From positions 682,001 through 746,000 of the forward strand of contig NC_045696.1 in NCBI RefSeq assembly GCF_009834535.1: DNA of 64,000 bases. Reading direction: 5' to 3'. This stretch comes from Camelus ferus. Lineage: Eukaryota. The translations under genes were made by a program, and so were the position numbers. The notes under the pieces were generated by a model. It saw nothing but the letters and a program-made list of their open reading frames with translations, was not told where the DNA came from and searched no databases. Below are positions 12,190-44,230 of the stretch, one piece after another (positions within the stretch are counted from its first letter, which is position 1; each line of letters starts with the position of its first letter).

Positions 12190-13290
12190 ACACATGGAGT
12201 AATCTGAGGTGGATCAAAGGCCTCAGGGTAAATGCTGAAACTGTAAGTGACAGAAGAGGGTCCTCATGACTTAGGTTAGGCAAGTCTTATTTTTTTAAGA
12301 CAAAAACAATAATCATAAGATAAAAATTGGGTATTATATTATAAAAATTTGAAATCTGCTTATCAAAAGACAGCATTGAGAAAATGATGACTAGGCAAGT
12401 CATGGAGTGGAAGGAAATATTTGCAAAGTAGTGTCTAACAGAGGACTTATGTTCAGACTATTAAAAGAACTCGTGCACGACTACATACGCAGAACTACAA
12501 AACTATACGAAATGAAAGTGGGCAAAAGATTGCACTAGGCGTTCACAATGGAATGACCAACCAATAAGTGCATGGAAAGTGTTCAGCATCTTTGGTCATC
12601 GGGGAAAGAAAATTAAGGCACCACAAGGAGCCACCACAGCCCCACCAGAGCGGCTAAAGGTAGCGAGGCCGGCATTGTTAAGTGCCGGCAAAGACGCAGC
12701 TGCTGAGATGCGCGCGTTTCTGATAGAAATACGGGATGGTGCGGACACTGCAGAAAATAGTTAAAGAGTGAAACAGCTAACATCCACACCATCCAGCAAT
12801 TCCTCTCTTAGGTGTTTATCCAGGAAAAATGAAAACACTGGTCTAAACTGAGACCCGTGCAGAAAAGCTGGTAGCAGTTTCATTCGTAAGAGCCCAAACC
12901 TGGAAACAGCCACCGCTGGTGCGTCGAGGATCATCAGAGCAGGACGGGGAAACAGACTCCGCTCAGCAGCAGGAGGTCCTGCACATGTGACAGCACGGAT
13001 GGGCCCCGAGAACACTGTGGCGTGGAGTGACAGTAGCCAGACACAGAAGAGCACGTATATGTGGCCCCACCATGTGCCCCTCTAAATAGACGAGTCTAAT
13101 TTAGAGCATCAGAAAGAAATCAGTGTCTGCCTGGGGTGCAGGGGTGCCTGGGCTTGGGGTGCTCCAGTGCTCTTGCTTGTGGGGGTGCTCTACAGGAGTG
13201 TATGTTTGTCAGAACTTATCTAACTGTACTCTTAAAGTGGGTTCATTTTATTGCATGTAAATGTCTTTCAGTAAATTTGATTTAAGTAAA
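12190..13290 (+). mobile_element. Old L1 (L1ME-like) ORF2 end and 3' UTR
   Basis: ccagcaattcctctcttaggtgtttatcc...gcccaaacctggaaacagcc...tgtatgtttgtcagaacttatctaactgtac. Confidence 0.75.
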
Positions 13291-13746
13291 AGAATACAGG
13301 GTAATGATCTGGATTGGTACAGGATAGATTTGGGGCTTGGAGGCAATCAGATAAGAGGAGGAAGAACCAGAGTGTGGCTCCTCTTCAGGATGATGGCGTC
13401 AGAGCCGCGGCCACTTGTACAGCAAATGACACGGCAACAATCATCACAAAGCAGAAGCTGCAGGAGAGAGTCAGAGAAACAGAAAGAAATCCACCTCTTT
13501 CAGCCCCAGACAGGTGAACGGGACAAACGTGAGTAAGCACGTGGCGTCCCGACAGTGCGGCGTTGCAGGCAGGCCTGATGGAAGCTGCTGAGATCGTGCT
13601 CCGACCGGCGAGGTGCACCTTGTCTTTCCCAGCACACACAGGACAGCCACGAAAACTGACCACATGTTAGGCCACAAGAAAAGTCTCAATCCCAGACAGA
13701 AGTAATGGAAATAGCATGATAAAGCTAGAAATCAAAACAGAAATTT

Positions 13747-14427
13747 TATTTTTATTTAATTAATTAATTTTTTTATTGACGTATATATGGTCCGTTACAA
13801 TGTGTCAATTTCTGGTATACAGCACAGTGTCCCAGCCATACCTATACATACATATGTTCATTTTCATATTCTTTTTCATTAAAGGTTATTACAAGATATT
13901 GAATATAGTTCCCTGTGCTATACAGAAGAAATTTGCTTTTAATCTTTTTTTATATAGATGCTAGTATTTGCAATCTCAAACTCCCAAATTTATCCCTTCC
14001 CACCCCCTTTCCCTCAATAACCATAAGATTGTTTACTGTGTCTGCAAGTCTGTTTCTGTTTTGTAGATGAGTTCATTAGTGTCTTCTTTTTTTAGACACC
14101 ACATATGAGTGATATCATATGATATTTTTCTGTCTCTTTCTGGTTAACCTCACTTAGAATGACGAGCTCCAGGTCCATCCATGTTGCTGTAACTAGCATT
14201 ATTTTATACTTTTTATGGCTGAGTAGTATTCCATTGTATATGTATATACCAAACTTGTTTATCCAGTCATCTTTCTATGGACACTTAGGTTGCTTCCATG
14301 TCTGGACTATCGTAAATAGTGCTGCTATGAACATTGGGATGCATGTATCTTTTTGAATTAGAGTTCCCTCTGGATATATGCCTAGAAGTGGGATTGCTGG
14401 ATCATATGGTAAGTCTTTTTTTAGTTT
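13747..14427 (-). mobile_element. Younger 5'-truncated L1 (cetartiodactyl-type 3' UTR) with target-site duplication
   Basis: T-rich tail at left; ggttattacaagatattgaatatagttccctgtgctatacag; flanked by tcaaaacagaaattt (13732-13746) and tcaaaacagaaaattt (14428-14443). Confidence 0.9.
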
Positions 14428-15262
14428 TCAAAACAGAAAATTTAAATGTCTGTTTGCCTGTATGTTTTAAAACTTTGTTTAAAAACTCTTGTGTCAAAGG
14501 GTGAATGCAAACCAATTTCAGAGATGCTCGGAAATGATGATAGTGAAAACATACCAGAATCTAGGGAGTGCGACTCAGAAAGTACCCAAAGACAAATGTA
14601 TAGCCTTATAGTCATAATAAGAAAAATGAAAGAAAAATAAATGAAACGTCTAACTCAAGAATTTAAAGTAAGAACAACTAAGTAAATTGAAAGTTAATAA
14701 GGCAAAGTCAGAAACTGAAATGGAAAACAGAAAAACAGTAGAATTAACAAATAAAAACCTAGTTCACTGGAAATGACCAAACGACCGAAATGGATAAGTC
14801 ACTAGCTAACTTAATCCAGAGAAAAAGTAAAGTCATAAATACACATGACAAAAACACTGAAAAGAGGAGGAATAACCATCAACATAGAGAAAATGACACA
14901 AATCTTAGGAGACAACTTATAACTCTAGGCCAAAGCACTTAAAAACCTGGACAGAAAGATAATTCCCTATGACTTACCAGAACTGAGTGAGTAAACAAAA
15001 TGTCTAAGCTGACAAATTCACACAGAAAAAGTAGAACTGCTCCTCTCCACTGCCCATCCCCGAATCACCAGGCTAAGTAGAAAATTATGTGATTGTTTCC
15101 TTATGTGCAAAAAATTTATTTCCTAATCTTTTATGGATAAACAGAAAAAAATATTTTCTTAATAGGGTGCACTGAGGTGTTCCCACCAAAGTCAGAAGCA
15201 TGACTTACCCACTACCATCACTCCTACTATTTAGTATCCTATCGGAACATCATCAGATGCGG

Positions 15263-15316
<54 letters not shown>
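15263..15316. repeat. Compound microsatellite (TC)6(AC)21
   Basis: Read directly from the sequence. Confidence 0.97.
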
Positions 15317-15319
<3 letters not shown>

Positions 15320-17626
15320 TAGCAATTGGAAAGGAAGGGGAAATGACCTCCATTCTCCATTGCAGATTGTAGCTCTGGTAAAATCAAGGCTGAGAAACTA
15401 TGAAAACAAGAAGAGAATTCATTAATGTCGCAGGATATAACATTAATATAGATAAATCAGTAGTCCTCATAGAAACGATGACCAAACGACAGTAAAAATA
15501 AAGATTAACAATAAATATGTAAACCTTATATGAACCAAGCTTTACTTTGAAAAATACTGAAGCAGACAAACAAATGAAAATATAAACCATGTCTCTGGAC
15601 AGGAACACTCACTATCATGAAGATGCCAAGTCACCTTAAGTTAATTTATAACTAAAAATACCAAAGGGTCCTTCCTCTCTTCCAGGGCCTAGAAAAAATG
15701 ACTCTAAAGCTCATATGAAAAAGTAAACAAGAAGCATCAGGAAAATGCTGGAAAAGATTAGCAGTGGGGGAGGGGTCGGGCAGTCCCTACAGAGGTCAAA
15801 AAAACTCTAGGGTGTCCATAATTGAAAGTGTGGTACTGGTGCATAAATAGACTAATCAGTGGAACAGACTAGAAGATTCAGAAATTGACCCACATACATA
15901 TATGGAGTTTAAGGGTAATAAAGGCAGCATCTCAAATTGGGGAAAGACAGACTTTTTAACAAATGGTGTTGGGTGATTTGGATAGCCACCTGGAAAAAGA
16001 AAACTGGATCCTTGTCACAGTGTACACTATGGGACAAACTCCAAACAGATCAGAAACGTAAATACAAAGCATGAAACCATAGAAGTACTAGAAGAAAACA
16101 TGGGATTGCTCTAGAACTTGGGTATGGGGAAATCCTTTCTACATATTGTTCTAAATTCAGTATCAATAGAGGAAATGATACAAATTCAATTATATTAAGA
16201 TATATCCCTAACCCCCCCCGACAAAAAAAAAAAAAAAAAAAAAGCAAAGGCAAGAGACCAATGACAAGTTGAGAACAAACACTTAAAGTTGTTACTAAGG
16301 GCTAATCGACTTACTAGGAAGAGAGTTTCCAGAAATGGAGAAGAAAAAAGTCAAGACCGAGGAATAATGGGAAAGAGCCATGAATGCTTCTTTTGGCAGA
16401 AGAAATGACGTCAAGGGGGCCCAAGATATGAGTAAGTGCTCAGCGTCATTTGAGAGAAAAGCAAATGGGCTTCTCAAGTACTGCTTCTCAGCCATCAGGT
16501 TGACAAAACCCCAGAGGTTTGACAGGTAAATTTATTGGCAAGGCTGTGGGGAGAGGTGCAGCTCATGGAGGGAACTGGCTGGATCCAGCAGAGACGGATG
16601 TGTTTGCCTTGATCTGTCCTCAAGACACACACGTGCAAGGGCAGAAATGACACATGCCCCAGGCTCTTCTTTGCAGCTTCAGGGTCGGAAATCACCAGAA
16701 TGTCTAACTGTGAGGTGCTGCTCAGAACCGAGGCAGAGCCACAAGACAGAAAACCCAACTGCCACAGGGGGTGGAGACCAATGTGAAGTAATCTCCAGCC
16801 TGTACGGCGAAGTGAAAACTGGAGTGCAGGTCTGTGAATTCAGCACGCTCTCTGTTGAACAGAAATGGCATCACGAAACGAAGCACTGAAAGATCTAATT
16901 AGAAGCCGATAAACATAGGAGCCTGCAGGGTTGGATGGGAGTCAGGTTAGGGGACGGGCTGCGAGCATGGCCTCTCCAGGGTACTCTTCGACCTTTGACT
17001 TTTGAACCAGGTCAATATTTCACATATTCAAACAATTAAATTACCGAGAAAAAGTTCCTGATGTTGTAAACAAACTGAGAAAAAGTGGACCTAACTACAT
17101 CTTATTAATAATGTAATTCCACAAAGGAAAAAATCATTTCAAGTAATTTTAGAACACTAACTTTACCACCCCTTCTTAGTGTGATACGGGACAGAAAGGA
17201 CTAGAAGGACGCCTTAAACTTCAGTCAGAGCTTAGGGGGGAAAAGCTCGTAAAAGAAGATTCCGGAAAACTGGGTATTTGAATAAGGCCTGGACTTCGGG
17301 TGATGTGTAGGGGCTGTTTTTAGCTTGGTGTTCTATTTTGAGCTTGATTCAGTAATGGCTTTATGCTTATGCAGAAAGCAACTCTTATCTTGTTAGAGAT
17401 GGGCACTGAAGTATTTATGTGTGAAACATTGTCCCGTCTGTAACTCACTCTAAAATATTTCAACCGTAAAGTCACTAAAGCCAGCGTGGCAGACGGTAAC
17501 GGTCACCCGGAGAGCAGTACGGGACGGCCACTGCACTGGCCTCTCCGCTCGTCCACGTTTGAAATGTTTCCTTAAGGAAAATCACGATGATGGTTTTGCT
17601 AACCAAAATTTCGGTAACGGAGACCT

Positions 17627-18064
17627 GGTTGAAATAAAAAGATGATTGTTTGGGGTCTGTTAGGACTGCAGCCTGGGAAACAGATGCGGGAAGCACTTGG
17701 ATCGTGTTGCCCTGAATTACAAACTGGAGAGGCTTCTAAGGGCCAAAACCGCAAGGTTCCTGCTGGTTCCAGGAGCTGCTCATCAGGGGTTACAGTCGGA
17801 GCTGGCAAAACGGGAGGGTGCTTGCTAAGCAGGCATGGTGGGGTCTGAATCAGGTGCACAGTCGGAAGGGGAGACCCTGAGACCACACGGTTGCAGCTGG
17901 CAGGTGCTGTTCTGAACACTGCCGGGGTGTCCTTGGACCTGGTGCAATTCAGAGAAAGTTCAAGGGCTCAGTGGGGCAGGGACAGGCTGACATCAGATCC
18001 TCAAAGGTCTCCTGACTCCGTTTTTGTTCATCTGAGCTGGGATCCCTCCCTCATAACGTCAACT
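17627..18064 (-). mobile_element. Probable ERV1-class solo LTR (MER41-like)
   Basis: ~440 bp with inverted termini gttga (17628-17632) and tcaac (18059-18063); internal motifs gagaggcttctaagggccaaaaccgcaagg and ctcctgactccgtttt resemble recalled laurasiatherian MER41-type LTRs. Confidence 0.5.
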
Positions 18065-20029
18065 TGTCATCAATTTAAAGAGGACAAGGAGGCCCCGCGT
18101 TAGACAAGGGCCGGGGCGGGCGCAGCTGAGCGGGTCCTTGAGGCGGGAGGCGTGCGGTTTGCGGGGCTGGTGTCAGGTGGGTGACAGTCTCTTGACCCTT
18201 TATTTTGAGCATCGTTGCTTCTCCCAAAAAAGCATTTCCTCAAAAAACTAGAAAACTATTATGAGGGCCTGTTTTCCTCAGGAGCTTTTCCTTTTTGTTA
18301 GTCGGGTCGGAGTTCACCTCCCACGGACCCCAGACGGTCTTCAGGAAGCAGCTGCTCTGGAAGCCACGTGAGGTGACTCCCGGACGGCCCCGCGCTCCTC
18401 TGGGCCAGAGAGGGTCCACCCTCAGGGGTCCAGGCAGGGACAGGGGTTGTGGGTGGGGGTCAGGCTGGCCACCTGTGGTGCTAGCCCGGAGCCTGGCCGG
18501 GCGGTGGAGGGCTGCTGCTCAGCCAGGTCCACTTTGACACGCCTGTTACCCCTCTAGGGTTCTCAGACGCAGACCGGAAGCCCCCCGAGTCTCAACAGGC
18601 AACTGGCACCGTGTCTCTGAGGGAAACATAAACCGCGGCCCCCACGCAGATGGGCCATGGGCCCCATGAGGCCCGTGTCAAGAAGGCGCTTACCCTGGAC
18701 ATGGGAGACCCTGCGGCCCGGTGGGGCTCAGGGCCCCCTCCCCGCCCGTCCTGGGGCTGGGAGCCCTGATGAGTATTTTGTGAAGAATCCAAAGTAGTTA
18801 GCAGCCACAGCCGTATGGTCCGTGGTCAGGATTTGGGAAGCAAACTCAAGTTATAAATATGCCAACTGATCGTCCGGTGACCCGGGTGCTGTTTTGGCCC
18901 GTCTGATAGACTCTCTCGGGCTCAGCTGGAAAAGAATGCTCAGAGCGTCCGACCAGGGCTGCAAGGTGGAGGCTGAAAGAGGAACTATGTTTCCAGGAGA
19001 CGTGTGTGTCTCGCAAAGGCTGCAACAAATCCCCGCAGGCTTGGTGACCCTTGTGGTGACCCTGGCCCCCCAGATAACCCGGAATGACCCCCAGTTAGAG
19101 AGGATCTGAACAGCAAAGGGAGGTGGAGACCAGGGATGGAGGTGGGTTGGCCGCCAGCCCCAAAAACCCCGGCGGCCCTGCTCGGGGGCGAGGTGGCCGG
19201 GCTGCGCAGGAGGGGCGGCGGTCTCAGGGGCCTTGACGGAGACTTTCAGAAGGAGGATGGCCCCGTGTGTGACCCGGGATGGAGGGAGAGGGGCCCCCCG
19301 CCTCCTGTCCCCACCGCGCAATGGGCCTGATCCCGGGAGGGCGGGGATCCCAGGAGGGATGTCTGTTAAACTATGGCTGGAGGTTACAAGCTCCGTGACT
19401 CAGGGCGCAGTGTGTGCCGATGAGCACAACCTGCACAGCAGATCGCCACCAGCTCCACAGCTCCGACAGCACAGACGGGCCCTCTCTCGGTCCCACGGCC
19501 GGCGGTTCGGGCGCCGCTCAGCGGGTCCTGCCCGGGGCCCAGAGGCTGGATGCGGGCTGTCTGCCCGTCTCGTCCCGGTCACCGGGCTGTCCGCCCGTCT
19601 CGTCCCGGGCTTGGGGCCTCTTCCAGGCTGCTAGCTGTTGATGGGTTTCGCAAGCTTGCTGCTGCGGGGCTGGGGTCCCCGATTTGTAGCTGGCTGCCCC
19701 TCCACGGGCAGTCCATAGGAAGACCGAGCTGGAGGGATCTCAGGGGCGTCAATCAGGTCTGACTCACCCTCGGGAATTTCAGAGTCCACCGCTTTGGGTC
19801 CCCAGTGACCGTGCAGAGCCCCGGGGTGACGTCCCATCCTGCTCACTTGGAGGGGAGAGGTCGGCGTGAATGAGTGCATACTGTGTTCTGCCCGCCAGGG
19901 GGTGCTGTGGGCCCCCAGGGGGGTGGACACTTGCTGGGTGAGGGGCTCACGGCCACAGGGAACAGGAGAGGAGGGTTCCCGAGCTGGGGCAGACGGGAAG
20001 CTGGTGGCAGAAACTCCGACTTCTCTTTC

Positions 20030-20400
20030 TCAAGGCAAAGCGTCTGTGCGTGTACAGTTCTAAGAACTGTGACAAACACGCCCCTACGTAGTCCGCACGC
20101 TGTCAACACAGACAACACTTCCATTATCCGGAAAGTTCCCCGTGCCCTTCCCGCCCACAGAGGCGCCGGCTGCCTGCCGTGCCCCCACCTCAAGCTTCCG
20201 CAGACAGGTCCCCGCGTGCCCCCCTTCCGAGTCTGGCTTCTCGCACTCAGCACGACGCGTGGGAGACGCGCCTGCTCCTTGGTGTTTCGAGCGGCGCTCG
20301 GGCGCGGGTGGACCTCGCCCTGATGTCCTGTCTCCTGGGGCGGGAGGACATGCTCTTTGGGGGCTATGGCTGGACACAGGGGCTCAGGAGGGGAGTGGTG
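20030..20400 (-). mobile_element. Old L1 3' fragment, strongly GC-shifted
   Basis: gtgtacagttctaagaactgtgacaaaca...acagacaacacttccattatccggaaagttcccc...gtctggcttctcgcactcagcac. Confidence 0.65.
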
Positions 20401-23054
20401 GGTTGCATGGGAAACGCACATGTGACTTCAGGGACCTGCAGGGGCCCTAAAGCGATCGTGCCGTGCCACACGGCCACCAGCGCTGCAAGGACTCCGAGCC
20501 TCACGCCCTCCTGAGGAGCCTTCGGGCCTCAGCTGGAGGAGGGGGTCTCAGTCTCAGTGTCATCATCCCAGCAGCTGAAAGACAGAGGAGCCACTGAACT
20601 TAAAATCCTGCCTCAGGAAGGCATTGTCAGGGACCTGCAGTCGGGGACACCGGACCGGAGGACACTGGCCCGCAGGTCTCAACCAGCGAGCTGCAGCCTC
20701 CCGGGCACCCTCAGAAATCACAGGTGAACAGTTGTTCCTTCCTGCGTCTTCTCAGCACAAAAAACGATAAACACCAGACTGGCTACAGTGGTCAACATGA
20801 GTGTGGCGGGTTTCTCCCTGAAAGACCAGGACCATCGGGGGCGAGGGGACGGGAGGCCTCGGAAGGCAGAGCGTGCACCAGGACGCCGCACCCAGGGTCT
20901 GAGAGCGAGAGGACGACAGAGAAACCGAGTGCAAACCAAGGAGGGTGAAGCCATAGTCCTCCTCTGTCCACGCAGGCGCAGCAGGGGCCTGAGTGGTGGG
21001 CGCCGACTTTGGGGAGCACCTCCGCCCCGGGCCCCAGCCGCATGTGTGAAGCAAAGGAGGCAGGGCTCTGACCAAACCTCTGGAGCCTCTGAGCCCCGCA
21101 CTTGGACGGATGTGGGGCTGGGTTGGGAGAAAGGTCCCAGAGATGGGCTGCACACGCCCTGTCTGTCCCACACTGGCCGATGGATCAGACTGGTTGGGGG
21201 ATGAGTGGGAGCCGGCAGGGGCCCTCAGAACACCCCTCGGGCCCCAAAGGCCCCCCTCCTTTCCAGGACCACACTTCCTGGAGAAGAGGAAGGAATTGCG
21301 GCCAGAGGCTTTAGGAGTAGCAGGGCCAAGAGGGATGCCAGGCACTGCCCCCACGGCTCCTAGTCGGGGTGAATGGGGTGGGGGTGGCAGGCCCCCTGAC
21401 AGTGCTGTGCACCCTCACCCACCCTGTGCCACGTAGCTCCAGCTGCACGGAGAGGGGGAGCCGGTGTCAGAGCCAAGAGGCCGCGGCTGTTCCTGGCCCA
21501 GAAAGGAGAGGGGGTCCCAGCCCACTTACAGTAACGGGGTAACTGGCTTTGACTTGTTTGCCGGACTTCACGCAGTGGTCCTAAACGCTGCTTTTACAAA
21601 CTTGGAAAGGATGCAGACCTGGTGGGGCCTGAGGTTTCCCTCATAGCTTCGTATTTTTAAGAGCCGAGTTCCGTGGACTGAAGCAGGACCCTGTCTGTAT
21701 CCTGTGGATGTTGGGAGGCGGGTGGGGGGGGGTGCGGGGAGAAGGACAGCCAGGAGCCGGATCCCAGGACCCCAGCTGATCCCAGCCAGAGATTCAGGGA
21801 TTAAAGGTACCGACTCTTCTTAAAGGGGAAACCTCTGATTTCTCACTTTCCTTCAAGGAGAGATCCCTGGGGTGACCACCCTCAGGCGCGGCGAGGAGGC
21901 CTGCGGGCCGGGAGCACCCGCAGGCCCACACTGCAGCCCCCGACCGGGTGCAGACCTGGGCAGCCAGGAAGGAGCCCGAGTGCGGGGAGGAGGGGCGTCC
22001 TGCAGAGACTCGCAGGCCTGGCGCCCCCTCCTCCCCCAAGCTGCCCTCTCCTGCCAGTCCTGTGCTTCCCCGCCATGGACCGTCCAGGGCCCTCGAGCTG
22101 CCTTGGCCCAGATATAGGTGTGTGATGCCTGTCCTGTGAGGGGACCGGGCCCACAGCCTCTCAGACGGTGCTTCCATGTTCCGAGCCCAGTTTGCAGTTG
22201 AGGACACCGAGGTGTAGGGGCAGGTGACTGGGTCAAGGTCGCACTGGCGGGTGGTCAGGCGGAGCGGGTGACCTGCAGGCTGTCCTTCCGGTGACAGTGG
22301 AGCATGTGGACGCTTGCCCACAGCGGCTGCGGGGTTCCTGTGGAGGCCAAGTGTGATGTCCACCATGGCAGACCCCGGGGGACCTGTGCCTGACCCCCAG
22401 TTCTACATGGGGTGTTACTCTCCTCAGAGTCAGAGAGGATCCGGGCGCCATGCTGCCCCCACCGCCAGACACTTGGCTCTCACAGCCACGTTTTGTGGGG
22501 CATCAAGTGGCCCCACCCAAGGGACACCTGCCAGGCTCCCTCTCGGCTAGAATCTCTTCTCCCGGCTCCTTAAACGGGCAATGGGTGTCCTGCCCGCACA
22601 CTGGCCTCTTCATCTGCAGCCCAAGTGCAGCCCAGCCCTCCCTGTCTGCCTCCCCTGCCCCACCCCCGCCCTCCTGAGACTGGGGCTGACAGTCTCACTG
22701 CCCTGAACTGAGTCTCCCATGGGGCCCCCAGATCCCGACCCCTCCAGAAATCAGAATGCTGGCCCTTTTGGTGATTAATGAGGATTTACCTTATTGGATC
22801 TGGCCGGCTCGTCCCCCTGTCCCCCCCATGACCGAATCTGCTTCTGATTCTTGCAGCCCAGGGTGTCAGAGCCCCTCCCAGAGCCTCCGCAGGAACAGAC
22901 AGAGTCTTTACTTTCCGACTCTTCCCCCAGACCCAGAGGAGGGGTGTCATGGGTGGGGTCTGGCCAAGGCAGGCCCCTGGGGTGGCCCTAACCACCTCGG
23001 AGCTCTCCCTCGGGTGCGAACACACTGGGGGTTTTAACTCCTGGGAAAGACAAC

Positions 23055-23798
23055 CACAGGGAGGACAGTGAAAACCTTTATTTGGAAAAGTCGCCGACAT
23101 GGACACAATTGAGAAAAAACACAGGAAGGAGTAAAAGTATAATTAACGTGTTAAGAGGGTCCTCAGCGAGACGCAGAGCCAGGCGCCCCTTGAGGAGGGA
23201 GAGCCTTGCCCTGTTTTCGACAAAATGCATCACTCTGGCTAGAGGCCAGGCCTCTGCGCCCTGGGCGGAGGGGTAGCACCTTTGCTCTGGGCTTTGTGAG
23301 GGCACGGGCGGGGGTCGCAGTGTCTGCGGGCCAACGTCCTGCCACCCTGGCTCTCGGCCCAAGGCTGCTGGAACCAAGGCACCAAGGCGGGCGTGAGTGA
23401 CCGGACCTCGCGAGTGGGCACGCTTGTCTCTGCACACATGCGGGCTCGCTGCTGGACTGACTGGTGTAAGTGGAGAGCTTAGTGAAGGATTCTGCAGGGT
23501 CAGCGGGAAAGCAGCCCAGGGGCAGGGGATGGAGGTGGGGACAGCTGAGCCCAGAAAGGAAAGAGAACCAGGGTTCAGGTTCTGACCAGGGATTAGGGGA
23601 CGCTGACAGCCAGGGGCGAGGCGGACGGTGCCGGTGCGCAGCGGGAGGGGCCGGCAGAAGCCGGGGCGGGTGGGGGTGGGGGGCGCAAAGCATAGGGCAG
23701 CTTTTCAGGCTTTTCTTTTTTAAAAAACTTAGCTAATTGGATGGGTCAGGAAAATTCAGGTCACATTTTCACTTTCTGTTTCAGGGGTGGGGAGGCTG
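23055..23798 (-). other. COL6A1: COL6A1 3' UTR (3' end approximate)
   Basis: Runs from the stop codon to ~20 nt past the AATAAA at 23077-23082. Confidence 0.8.
23077..23082 (-). terminator. COL6A1 polyadenylation signal AATAAA
   Basis: Minus strand reads TTTTCCAAATAAAGGTTTTCACTGTCC, followed by GU-rich TGTGGTTGTCTTT. Confidence 0.88.
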
Positions 23799-43958
<20,160 letters not shown>

Positions 43959-44230
43959 GTCTCCGGCCTGCGTGTCACCGTGGAGCAGGGGCAGGGCAGG
44001 GTGGGCTGGCAGTGACCGGTGACCGGAGGGAGAAGTCCTCTCTGCTCTCCGGCGCCTCCGGAGTTTCAGCCCAGGAGGGGAGGGGCGGGCGAGAAGGAGG
44101 AGCTGGGTGGGCCCTGGAGAGGGCGGGGGTCTCTCCAGCCCGGGTGAGTCACTCAGCCTCCGGGAGCCGCTCTGAGCCCAGGAGGCCGCTGGGCTAACTG
44201 ACTTACTTCCCGGGCTCGTGGGGACTTCTG
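43959..44230 (-). promoter_or_regulatory. COL6A1 5' UTR and TATA-less proximal promoter
   Basis: GA/GC-box tract GGAGGGGAGGGGCGGG (~44073-44088), GGGCGG at 44121-44126, AP-1 TGAGTCA at 44145-44151, no TATA. Fits the known AP-1/GA-box organisation of the mouse Col6a1 promoter. TSS inferred at ~44050-44070. Confidence 0.8.

Larger units (their letters stand above)
13420..17570 (+). mobile_element. Long decayed L1M (ORF2 to 3' UTR) hosting a younger L1
   Basis: Endonuclease-region relic aaaactgaccacatgttaggccacaagaaaagtctcaat (KIDHMLGHK-like); RT-region relic aatcagtggaacagactagaagattcagaaattgaccca. Confidence 0.75.

Noticed and set aside
9850..17000. Possible intact reverse transcriptase gene
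   Set aside because: L1 ORF2 relics are riddled with stops and frameshifts and have no long ORF.
1..23000. Expected neighbour COL6A2 or a second collagen gene
   Set aside because: No Gly-X-Y or vWA exons found outside 23799-43958.
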